Source: Prevotella sp. (GTDB lineage Bacteria > Bacteroidota > Bacteroidia > Bacteroidales > Bacteroidaceae). Taken from it: a DNA stretch of 64,000 nt. Positions 26,509 to 35,112 of the stretch are shown piece by piece. Numbering within the stretch: position 1 is the stretch's first letter; every line of letters starts with the position of its first letter. Below the pieces are notes generated by a model. The model saw only the letters and a program-made list of their open reading frames with translations, did not search any database and was not told the origin of the DNA. Location of the stretch: NCBI GenBank assembly GCA_017442825.1, contig JAFRYZ010000009.1, forward strand, positions 100,923 to 164,922, written 5' to 3'. A program made the position numbers and the translations under genes.

Positions 26509-28881
26509 ATGAAGCTTAGGTGTTTGTTATTGTGTTTCATGTCGTGGTTGGGCGTAGAGAATTTCGCTCAACCCGCCGACTATACGTGGACGACACCGAG
26601 CAAGAACGCTTCAGAATCCATGCCTTGTGGCGGCGGCGATGTAGGCATGAACGTGTGGGTGGAAGAGGGTGACATTCTTTTCTATCTTTCACGTAGCGGT
26701 TGTTTCGATGAGAACAATACCCTTCTGAAACTCGGCCGTTTCCGCATCCATCTCTCCCAACCCTTCCGCGCATCCTCTTTCCGTCAGGTGTTGAAGTTGA
26801 ACGACGGCTACGTGTTGGTGACCGACGGGCAGAAGGCTGTAGAGATATGGGCAGACGTCTATAAGCCCGTAGTCCATGTGGATGTGACGATAGAGAAAGA
26901 GAAGACGGATGTGGAAGTCACCTATGAGTCGTGGCGTACGAAAGACATCACGTTGACGAAGCGGGAAGCCTTCCAAACCAGTTATAAATTTGCCAAGCCC
27001 AAAGACCTGAAGACTATTTGCGACTATGTTGATGCGGCTCCGAAGGTGCTGACGTTCCATCATCATAATCACGAGCAGACCATTTTCGACGCCACCGTGC
27101 ACCAGCAACAGATGGACGTTGTCAAAAATCGGCTCTACAACCCGTTGAAGTGGCTGACCTTTGGTGGACGCATGCAAGGTGAGGGTTTTGCCTATAAGGG
27201 GAAAACCGCCGGGCGCTACGCTTCTACAAATTATGAGGGGTGGACTTATGCTTCACAACATCCGCGTTCCTCCCACCACCTGACCATTACGTTGGGCACC
27301 TTGCAAACCAGCGTCTTCGATGATTTGCACGATCTCTTGGTCAAAACAGAGCAAAGCATCTCTTTGAAGCGCGACCGTCAACTTACACGAAAATGGTGGA
27401 ATGATTTCTGGAAGCGCAGCTTCATTGAGACCCCTCAACGCTCCTCCGGGACGAGCACGAATCAACATTTCCCCGAAATAAAGGAGAACCAAAGTTCTTC
27501 CGAGTTGGGTACGAACCAACCCGCTTTGCTCTTCAGAAACTATACCCTGTTCCGATATATGTTGGGTTGCAATGCTTTAAGCTCTTGGCCAACGAAGTTC
27601 AACGGCGGATTGTTTACCTTCGACCCTGAATACGTGGAAGTTGCGAAGAAATCCGCTCCCGATGAGTATTCTCTCTCGCCCGACTTCCGTAATTGGGGTG
27701 GGGGAGTTCATACGGCACAAAACCAGCGGTTGGTCTATTGGCCGATGTTGAAGAGTGGTGACTTCGACCTGATGCAAGCCCAAATCGATTTCTATTTGCG
27801 CATCTTGGGAAATGCCGAAGAACGTTCGCGCCTCTATTGGGGGCACGAAGGCGGTTGCTTCACGGAGCAGATAGAGAACTACGGGCTGCCCTGTTTTCCC
27901 GAATACGGCACGAAGCGACCTGAAGGTTTCGACCCGGGGATGGAGCGCAACGCATGGTTGGAATACGAGTGGGACACGGTGTTGGAGTTTTGCCAGATGA
28001 TATTAGAGCGCATGCGTTATGAAGGTGTACGTTTTAACCCGAAAACCAATGCCCGGCAACAGGTTGTTGAAGTGGCATTCGTACGTTCGTGCATGCGCTT
28101 CTTCGACGAGCACTACCAATATCTTGCTCGCCAGCGTGGAGCAAAGACGTTAGATGGTGAGGGCAAAATCGTGTTCTATCCCGGAAGTGGCGGCGAGACG
28201 TTTAAGGGAGCCTATAATTCTGCCTCGACCGTTGCCGCCTTACGCACCGTAACCCAGACGTTGGACGAGATGCTCGGTGGCGACTCCCTGTGTCAAGCGT
28301 TTCTTCAATGTTTGCCGGAGATTCCCCTTCGTACTGTTGGCGGCAAGACGATGATAGCGCCTGCCCGACTATGGGAAAGAGTACAGAACGTGGAGTCAAC
28401 GATGCTCTACCCCGTCTTCCCCTGGCGCATCTATGGTGTAGGGCGCGAGGGCCTGGACATTGCCCGCAATACCTATCTCAACGACGAATACGCCTTGCAA
28501 TTCCGTTCGCATGTAGGGTGGAAGCAAGACAACATCTTTGCCGCATGCTTGGGATTGACCGACGAGGCCGCTCGGCTGACTGCCCTGAAACTTGCCGACG
28601 GTCCGCATCGTTTTCCCGCTTTCTGGGGACCAGGTTACGACTGGACTCCCGACCACAACTGGGGCGGAAGTGGAATGATAGGTTTGCAAGAGATGTTGAT
28701 GCAAGAAGTAGGCGACACCATCCTGCTCTTCCCCGCTTGGCCTGAAGACTGGGATGTGCATTTCAAACTCCATGCTTCACGTAACACCACCATAGAAGCC
28801 ACCTTGCAAGACGGAAAGGTCAACTACACCGTTCTGCCCGAAGAGCGTCGCAAGGCGGTTCGAATCATGCTTAAACGGTGA
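26509..28881 (+). CDS. DUF5703-type (alpha/alpha)6 glycoside hydrolase (GH142/GH95-like)
   Basis: SESMPCGGGDVGMNVW, PTKFNGGLF, RFPAFWGPGYDWTPDHNWGG and LFPAWPEDWDVHFKLHA motifs; family assigned from recall. Confidence 0.6.
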   Translation: MKLRCLLLCFMSWLGVENFAQPADYTWTTPSKNASESMPCGGGDVGMNVWVEEGDILFYLSRSGCFDENNTLLKLGRFRIHLSQPFRASSFRQVLKLNDGYVLVTDGQKAVEIWADVYKPVVHVDVTIEKEKTDVEVTYESWRTKDITLTKREAFQTSYKFAKPKDLKTICDYVDAAPKVLTFHHHNHEQTIFDATVHQQQMDVVKNRLYNPLKWLTFGGRMQGEGFAYKGKTAGRYASTNYEGWTYASQHPRSSHHLTITLGTLQTSVFDDLHDLLVKTEQSISLKRDRQLTRKWWNDFWKRSFIETPQRSSGTSTNQHFPEIKENQSSSELGTNQPALLFRNYTLFRYMLGCNALSSWPTKFNGGLFTFDPEYVEVAKKSAPDEYSLSPDFRNWGGGVHTAQNQRLVYWPMLKSGDFDLMQAQIDFYLRILGNAEERSRLYWGHEGGCFTEQIENYGLPCFPEYGTKRPEGFDPGMERNAWLEYEWDTVLEFCQMILERMRYEGVRFNPKTNARQQVVEVAFVRSCMRFFDEHYQYLARQRGAKTLDGEGKIVFYPGSGGETFKGAYNSASTVAALRTVTQTLDEMLGGDSLCQAFLQCLPEIPLRTVGGKTMIAPARLWERVQNVESTMLYPVFPWRIYGVGREGLDIARNTYLNDEYALQFRSHVGWKQDNIFAACLGLTDEAARLTALKLADGPHRFPAFWGPGYDWTPDHNWGGSGMIGLQEMLMQEVGDTILLFPAWPEDWDVHFKLHASRNTTIEATLQDGKVNYTVLPEERRKAVRIMLKR

Positions 28882-28890
28882 TAAAAAAAA

Positions 28891-28922
28891 CATGAGGATA
28901 TGCAGAAAAACATACCCTCATG
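28891..28922. terminator. Bidirectional terminator between convergent genes
   Basis: CATGAGGATATG...CATACCCTCATG with an A tract on the left and T-rich sequence on the right. Confidence 0.6.
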
Positions 28923-28943
28923 CTTGTTTTGTTAGCAAAATGC

Positions 28944-29351
28944 TTATTCCTCTGTTGTTGCTTCTTCTTCAGTAGCACCCTCAGTTTCAGCGGCAGCCTC
29001 GTCAACGGCAGCAGAAGCTTCGTCCATTTCCTTCTCAGCCTGGAGCAGTTCAGTTACCTTCTTAGCGGTTTCCCCGAACTGGGTTGAAATTTTAGCGAAG
29101 CTATCAACAACCTCTTTCGGATACTGGCCATCATACTTGGTCATTTCCTGAACGGCATTGTTGAATGCCTGGCAAGCAGCATTGTAAGCTTCAGTAGATT
29201 CGAACTTGTCAACATCGTCAACAGTAAGCAGGTTGGTTGACTTGTCTTTAACGTCTTGCCAAGCCTTAGCAGCTTCAGGACTCATACTCTTACCGCAAGA
29301 AGCGAACATCATAGCGCAGGCTGCAACAGCCACGAAAAACAACTTTTTCAT
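28944..29351 (-). CDS. Hypothetical helical lipoprotein with acidic tail
   Basis: MKKLFF...FASC lipobox; Glu/Ala-rich C-terminus. Confidence 0.75.
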   Translation of the reverse strand: MKKLFFVAVAACAMMFASCGKSMSPEAAKAWQDVKDKSTNLLTVDDVDKFESTEAYNAACQAFNNAVQEMTKYDGQYPKEVVDSFAKISTQFGETAKKVTELLQAEKEMDEASAAVDEAAAETEGATEEEATTEE

Positions 29352-29663
29352 TTTCTCTAATTCGTTTAATGATTAATAATATGTGTAATAAAAAATGTTC
29401 TTTTTGATATTTGGTGGCAAAATTATGACTATTCTGCAAGAGAAATCTTTGAAAATTGATAAATATATTGTGATTCTTGCATCTCTTCTTGTATTAAACA
29501 AGAATGAAAGACTTATCTGGATAGTTTCAAAGTTTTTACATATTAGTTATGTTGATAAATATATTCGAATTCTTCCGATGAAATCGCCTTTTTTCTTATT
29601 TTTATGTTTAGGATATAAGAAAATCCGCAAGAACTGTTCTTCAGATGCTTGCGGATTGTTCTT

Positions 29664-29683
29664 TGTGATCCGTTTTGGGCTCG
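29664..29683 (-). repeat. Duplicate of the tRNA-Lys 3' end (att-like direct repeat)
   Basis: TGTGATCCGTTTTGGGCTCG versus TGTGATCCGTTTGGGGCTCG at 29785-29804 (19/20 identical). Confidence 0.8.
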
Positions 29684-29786
29684 TAATCGTCTGAAAGACG
29701 CTTTCATAAAGCGTAGCGACTGAAAGAACCCTTGGGTGAGAGCCCCCTGATAAACAAAAAAGAGGTCGTTTGTGACCTCTTTTTTG

Positions 29787-29859
29787 TGATCCGTTTGGGG
29801 CTCGAACCCAAGACCCCAACATTAAAAGTGTTGTGCTCTACCAGCTGAGCTAACGGATC
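29787..29859 (-). tRNA. tRNA-Lys (UUU)
   Basis: Reverse complement GATCCGTTAGCTCAGCTGGTAGAGCACAACACTTTTAATGTTG...GGTTCGAGCC..ACGGATCA; promoter TACCTTTG at 29891-98 (-); terminator at 29756-85. Confidence 0.95.
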
Positions 29860-29968
29860 TCCCAAATAGGCATTTTCTCGAAATGCGGTGCAAAGGTATG
29901 CTGTTTTTTCGATATGAGCAAATTATTCGTCAGTTTTTTGCGTTCCCTTTTTGATTTCGGGCGATTGT

Positions 29969-31156
29969 TTAGTCGGATTTATGGCTTTCTTGTCGGTTTT
30001 TGGGTGTTCCTGGTTGATTTACGGGTGCATTTTGGGCATTTGTAGAGTTTTCCACAACCGCTATGGGTTGAACATGTTTGTCGTTTTCGTGTTCCCTCGT
30101 GACGTATCGTTGCCAGTAGGCGATGATGAGTGTGGTGAGGGGCAGGGCGATGATGAGTCCGATGAAACCGAGCAGGGCTCCCCAGATGGAGAGAGAAAGC
30201 AGTAGTATGGCGGGGTTCAGTCCCATGGCCTTTCCCATGATTTTTGGGGTTACCACCATGTCGGTAATGACTTGAACGATGATGAAGATGAGTACCGCCA
30301 GTCCGAAGATGACCCAGAAGTTTTGTCCCGTGTCGGCAGCCTTCATCAGGGCGAGGAACGCCGTGGGGATGAGTGCGAAGGTGTGCAGGTAGGGCACGAG
30401 GTCGAGAATGCCGATGAGGATTCCCAGGCCTATCGCCATGGGGAAGTCGATGATGGTGAATCCGATGCAGAACATGATGCCCATGCAGAGTGCCACCAAT
30501 CCTTGTCCGCGGATGTAGTTGTTCAGTTCGCGCTCTACGTCAACCGCCAGCTCCTGCCAGAACGGTCGGTTGTGCTTGGGGAAAATCTTGATCCAGCTGT
30601 TGGTCAGGTGCTCGTAGTCGAGCAAGATGAAGAACATATATAATAAGGTGATGAACGAAGCCACGATGCTGATGACGACTCTTGCCGTTTGGCCTACGAT
30701 GTTGAAGACTTGCGGCATAGCCGACTTCATGGTCTTCATGAACTCCTCGCTTTGGAAGAACCGTTCTATCTCGCGGTGGTTTTGTTGTAGCCAGTCTTGT
30801 ATGTAGGCTGCTATCTGGTTGGCGTCGTCGCTTTGATGTATGTATTTGTTGATAAACGAAATCAGCTTGTCCACCTGTTCGATGAAAGGCGGTACGATAA
30901 GCCAGAACACGCCTGTGATGATGGCAAGAACAAAGATGAACGATACGATGATGCTCAGGGCTCGTGTGGGTACGTGTAGCTTGTATTGCACAAACTTCAC
31001 GATGGGGTAGAGCAAGTATGCCAGCAGCCATGCTATGGCGAAAGGCAGCAAGACGCTGGAGAGTGATTTGACGATGAAGAAGGTTGCCAAGATAATCAGA
31101 CCCAGTATTGCCCATCGGGCGGCTTTGTCGAAGGTGATTTGTTGTCTTATTAGCAT
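29969..31156 (-). CDS. AI-2E (PerM) family transporter
   Basis: Multi-TM; LLPFAIAWLLAYLLYPIV, YIRGQ and PKIMGKAMGLNP motifs. Confidence 0.88.
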   Translation of the reverse strand: MLIRQQITFDKAARWAILGLIILATFFIVKSLSSVLLPFAIAWLLAYLLYPIVKFVQYKLHVPTRALSIIVSFIFVLAIITGVFWLIVPPFIEQVDKLISFINKYIHQSDDANQIAAYIQDWLQQNHREIERFFQSEEFMKTMKSAMPQVFNIVGQTARVVISIVASFITLLYMFFILLDYEHLTNSWIKIFPKHNRPFWQELAVDVERELNNYIRGQGLVALCMGIMFCIGFTIIDFPMAIGLGILIGILDLVPYLHTFALIPTAFLALMKAADTGQNFWVIFGLAVLIFIIVQVITDMVVTPKIMGKAMGLNPAILLLSLSIWGALLGFIGLIIALPLTTLIIAYWQRYVTREHENDKHVQPIAVVENSTNAQNAPVNQPGTPKNRQESHKSD

Positions 31157-31225
31157 TTCTCTTTCGGGTTTATGTTTGTTGAAGCTCGTTCCCTTGATTG
31201 TCGTTGAGGCTCGTTAGGGGTGTTC

Positions 31226-31804
31226 TTATTTGTTTTGTTGCGCTTTTTGGTAACATTCTCGGCAGAGCGGTTCATACTCTTGCGTCTCGCCCAGCAGCAC
31301 GCGTTTCTCGTTGTCCACCAGACGGTGGCTGACGTATGCCAGAGCTCCGCATTTCACGCAGATGGCGTGCACCTTCGTCACCTCGTCGGCGATGGCGCAG
31401 AGGGCAGGCATTGGTCCGAAGGGCACACCCTTGTAGTCCATATCCAGTCCAGCCACGATGACGCGTACGCCGCGGTTGGCAAGTTCGTTGCACACCTCCG
31501 GCAGGTGGTCGTCGAGGAATTGCGCCTCGTCTATTCCCACGACGTCGATGTCTGCCGAGAGCAGCAGAATGGACGATGACGAGTCGATGGGAGTCGAAGT
31601 GATGGTGTTATGGTCGTGGCTTACCACATCCTCCTCCGAGTAACGCACGTCGATGCTGGGTTTGAATATCTCTACGCGTTGCTTAGCAAACTTAGCGCGC
31701 TTCATTCTTCGGATGAGTTCCTCTGTTTTCCCAGAGAACATCGAACCGCAGACCACCTCTATTCGTCCCTGTCGGCGGTGCTCTCCCTGTAGCTGATTGG
31801 TCAT
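31226..31804 (-). CDS. tdk: Thymidine kinase
   Basis: [23 protein letters not shown] and Zn-binding C..C / YEPLCRECY motifs; start placed at MTNQ. Confidence 0.96.
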   Translation of the reverse strand: MTNQLQGEHRRQGRIEVVCGSMFSGKTEELIRRMKRAKFAKQRVEIFKPSIDVRYSEEDVVSHDHNTITSTPIDSSSSILLLSADIDVVGIDEAQFLDDHLPEVCNELANRGVRVIVAGLDMDYKGVPFGPMPALCAIADEVTKVHAICVKCGALAYVSHRLVDNEKRVLLGETQEYEPLCRECYQKAQQNK

Positions 31805-31959
31805 AAGGTCTTCACGTTTTAATCTGATATTAGGTGCAAAGTTAAGAAAAAGGATAGACAAGGCAAAGTTCAGGCTTTCTTTTTTGCGGCTATGATGTAG
31901 GTTTTAATTGAATTTAGTACGAGTTCTTTTGTTTTTTTATCACTTAATCGTATCTTTGC

Positions 31960-32026
31960 CTTCGGCGAAGATACTTCCGCTCGAAAGTAAAAACAAAAAC
32001 AAACTTTTGTTTTGTACTTTCCTCGC
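31960..32026 (-). mobile_element. Divergent copy of the two-hairpin element, duplicating the rsmI -7 promoter box
   Basis: Reverse complement GCGAG-GAAAGTACAAAACAAAA..TTTTGTTTTTACTTT-CGAGCG-GAAGTATCTTCGCCGAAGGC, flanked by direct repeats CTTAATCGTA(T/C)CTTTGC at 31943-59 and 32026-42. Confidence 0.7.
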
Positions 32027-32049
32027 TTAATCGTACCTTTGCACGCTGT

Positions 32050-32724
32050 ATGGGAACATTATATCTCGTACCCACGCCGGTGGGCAACATGGAGGATATG
32101 ACGATGCGAGCCATCCGCATACTGAAGGAAGCCGACCTCGTCTTGGCTGAGGATACGCGCACGTCGGGTATCCTGTTGAAGCATTTCGACATCAAGAACC
32201 GCCTCATGTCGCACCATAAGTTCAACGAGCACGGCACGAGTGCGGGCATTGTGGAACGTTTGAAGGCTGGTGCAACGATAGCCCTCATCAGCGATGCAGG
32301 AACGCCCGGTATCAGCGACCCCGGTTTCCTGCTTGCCCGCGAGGCGATAGCCGCCGGAGCAGAAGTGACGGCGTTGCCTGGAGCAACGGCCTTCGTGCCG
32401 GCGCTAGTCTCCTCGGGTTTGCCCTGCGACCGTTTCACCTTCGAGGGTTTCCTGCCCCAGAAGAAAGGCAGGAAGACACGCCTAGAGTCGTTGAGAGACG
32501 AGAAGCGCACGATGGTGTTCTACGAGTCGCCCTATCGGTTGGTGAAGACACTGGAGCAATTTGGTGAAGTCTTCGGCGAAGACCGTCAGGTGAGCGTTTG
32601 CCGCGAGATTTCAAAGGTGCACGAAGAGAGTGTCCGCGGCCCATTGGCAGAGGTGGTTGCCCACTTCAAACAAACGCCTCCGAAGGGCGAAATCGTCATT
32701 GTCGTAGGAGGCAGGGATTTATAA
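32050..32724 (+). CDS. rsmI: 16S rRNA C1402 2'-O-methyltransferase
   Basis: LYLVPTPVGNMED, AEDTRTS, SDAGTPGISDPG, YESPYR and REISKVHEE motifs. Confidence 0.97.
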   Translation: MGTLYLVPTPVGNMEDMTMRAIRILKEADLVLAEDTRTSGILLKHFDIKNRLMSHHKFNEHGTSAGIVERLKAGATIALISDAGTPGISDPGFLLAREAIAAGAEVTALPGATAFVPALVSSGLPCDRFTFEGFLPQKKGRKTRLESLRDEKRTMVFYESPYRLVKTLEQFGEVFGEDRQVSVCREISKVHEESVRGPLAEVVAHFKQTPPKGEIVIVVGGRDL

Positions 32725-32840
32725 TTCTTGCGCCGCTTAAGCTCTGCAAGCGCTACGCGATTAGACAATTGATAATTTACAATTGATAATGATTGCTCTG
32801 CGAGCAAGCTCGAAAGATAATTGATAATTTAAAAATTGAG

Positions 32841-33725
32841 ATGAAGAAAGTATTGTTTTTTGCCCTGTGTGCAATAGCATTCGTGGGCTGTCAGGACAAG
32901 CAGAAGATGAATTCTGCCATGTTACAAAACGATTCGCTTCGTGCCATCATCGAAGCTCGCGACAACGAGATCAACGACATGATGGGTACGTTGAACGATA
33001 TTCAGGAGGGCTTCCGCCAGATCAACGAGGCTGAAGACCGCGTGACGCTTGCCCGTACGGGCGAGGGAGCCAACCAGACGGCTCAGCTGAAGGAAAACAT
33101 CCGTTTCATCGCCCAGCGCATGGAGGAGAACCGCGAGCTCATCAAGAAGCTCCAGCAACAACTCCGCGAGACGGGTTTCAAGGGCGACCAGATGCGCAAG
33201 ACCATCGACGGTATGATTATCCAGCTGGCAAAAAAGGACCAGGAACTGAAGGCTTTGCGCGCCGAACTGGAGAAGAAGGACATTCACATCTCCGAACTGG
33301 ACGAAACCATCGAGAACCTGAACACCAACGTGGCTACGCTGAAGACGGAGAAGGAGAACCTGACGACGGAGAAGCAGCATCTGGAGAGCGAGAACACGCA
33401 GAAGGCGCAGACCATCTCTACTCAGGACAAACAGCTGAACACCGCCTGGTATGTCTTCGGAACGAAGAAGGAGCTGAAGGACCAGAACATTCTCAAGAGC
33501 GGCAAGGTGCTGCAGGGTTCGTTCAACAAGAACTACTTCACGAAGATAGACATTCGCGTGGAGAAGGAAATCAAACTCTATTCGAAGAGTGCCCAGTTGC
33601 TGACCGCCCATCCTTCCAACAGCTACAACCTGTCGAAAGACGTGAACGGGCAGTATGTGCTCCGCATCACCGACCCCGACACGTTCTGGAGCACCAGCAA
33701 GTATCTGGTGGTGCAGGTGAAGTAA
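32841..33725 (+). CDS. Coiled-coil lipoprotein (Cbp1-like)
   Basis: Lipobox FVGC, long heptad coiled coil, C-terminal LNTAWYVFGTKKELK...FWSTSKYLVV. Confidence 0.7.
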   Translation: MKKVLFFALCAIAFVGCQDKQKMNSAMLQNDSLRAIIEARDNEINDMMGTLNDIQEGFRQINEAEDRVTLARTGEGANQTAQLKENIRFIAQRMEENRELIKKLQQQLRETGFKGDQMRKTIDGMIIQLAKKDQELKALRAELEKKDIHISELDETIENLNTNVATLKTEKENLTTEKQHLESENTQKAQTISTQDKQLNTAWYVFGTKKELKDQNILKSGKVLQGSFNKNYFTKIDIRVEKEIKLYSKSAQLLTAHPSNSYNLSKDVNGQYVLRITDPDTFWSTSKYLVVQVK

Positions 33726-33729
33726 GTTT

Positions 33730-33900
33730 GGGAGAGTTATCGCGCTTCGCGCTTGGAAGTTAAAGGGGAGTTATCGCTTTGCTTGGGAGTTAAAAGGACG
33801 ATAGTATTTGCAAATGAGAAATCTAACGTCCAAGCCCGCAGGGCGATAACTCCCTTTTAATTCCATTTTAACTCCTTTTTAACTCCCTTTCAACTCCTTT
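33730..33900. repeat. Inverted array of GGAGTTA(A/T) repeats with a 12-bp inverted repeat
   Basis: GGGAGTTATCGC (33766-77) and GCGATAACTCCC (33843-54), each with further GGAGTTAA-type units. Confidence 0.75.
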
Positions 33901-34324
33901 TCTCTTTAAAAAACTTTTGCATTAGTTCGCGGCATTCGTCTTCGAGAATGCCGCCTGTAACTGAGGCTTTAGGGTGAAAGGCACGGGGTGCTATCAGATG
34001 GTAGCCCCGTTTGTCGTCAGTGGCACCATAGACGATGCGCGGAATCTGTGCCCATCCTATGGCTCCTGCGCACATCGTGCAGGGTTCTACGGTGACGTAG
34101 AGCGTACACTCCGTCAGGTATTTTCCTCCCAGGGCATCAGCCGCCGCCGTGATGGCTTGCATCTCCGCATGAGCCGTCACGTCGTGCAACGTCTCCGTGA
34201 GGTTGTGGGCACGCGAAATGATGCGCCCTTGGCACACCACCACGGCGCCTATGGGAATCTCGCCCTCGCGATAGGCCTGTTCAGCCTCCGCCAGCGCTTT
34301 CTTCATGAATGCTTCGTCGGTCAT
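33890..34324 (-). CDS. tadA: tRNA adenosine(34) deaminase
   Basis: EIPIGAVVV, HAE and EPCTMC motifs. Confidence 0.9.
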   Translation of the reverse strand: MTDEAFMKKALAEAEQAYREGEIPIGAVVVCQGRIISRAHNLTETLHDVTAHAEMQAITAAADALGGKYLTECTLYVTVEPCTMCAGAIGWAQIPRIVYGATDDKRGYHLIAPRAFHPKASVTGGILEDECRELMQKFFKEKRS

Positions 34325-34353
34325 AGGAAAGGGAGTTATCGCGCTTCCTAAAT

Positions 34354-35064
34354 TTAATTGTGCACCAGCGTACCGATTTCCTCTCCGTCCATGACTCGTT
34401 TGAGGTTGCCCACGATGTCCATGTTGAACACGTAGATGGGCAGGTTGTTGTCGCTACACATGCAGATGGCGGTGAGGTCCATCACCTTCAGTCCTCGTGC
34501 CAGCACCTCCTTGTAGGTGATGTCGTCGAACTTCGTTGCCGTGGGGTCTTTCTCGGGGTCGGCAGTATAGATGCCGTCCACGCGTGTGCCCTTGAGCATG
34601 ACGTCGGCCTCAATCTCTATGCCTCTGAGCGACGAGCCTGTGTCGGTGGTGAAGTAGGGTGAGCCCGTGCCTGCCGAGAAGATGCATACGTTGCCCTGCT
34701 GCATGGCCTCTATGGCTTTCCACTTGGTATAGAACTCGCCGATGGGTTCCATGCGAATGGCGGTGAGCACCTTGTTTTTCACGCCGATGGCTCCCAGTGC
34801 CGAGCTCAGCGCCAGCGAGTTGATGACTGTTGCGCACATGCCCATCTGGTCGCCCTTCACGCGGTCGAAGCCCTTTTGCGAGCCGCTGAGTCCGCGGAAG
34901 ATGTTTCCTCCGCCGATGACGATACCGATTTCCACGCCCATGTCGTGGATTTCCTTGATTTGCCGTGCGTAGTCGCTCAACCGTTCGGGGTCTATGCCGA
35001 ACCCTTGTTTCCCCATAAGGCTCTCGCCGCTGAGTTTGAGGAGTATTCTCTTGAATCGTGCCAT
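34354..35064 (-). CDS. pyrH: Uridylate kinase
   Basis: KLSGE, GGGNIFRG and PYFTTD motifs. Confidence 0.98.
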   Translation of the reverse strand: MARFKRILLKLSGESLMGKQGFGIDPERLSDYARQIKEIHDMGVEIGIVIGGGNIFRGLSGSQKGFDRVKGDQMGMCATVINSLALSSALGAIGVKNKVLTAIRMEPIGEFYTKWKAIEAMQQGNVCIFSAGTGSPYFTTDTGSSLRGIEIEADVMLKGTRVDGIYTADPEKDPTATKFDDITYKEVLARGLKVMDLTAICMCSDNNLPIYVFNMDIVGNLKRVMDGEEIGTLVHN

Positions 35065-35112
35065 AATATGATAGGTTTTTATTGTGTAAGTTCCACTTCT
35101 CCAGATGTTTGT

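Noticed and set aside
29395-29822. Short ORFs around tRNA-Lys
   Set aside because: AT-rich promoter DNA or overlap with the tRNA; no coding signal.
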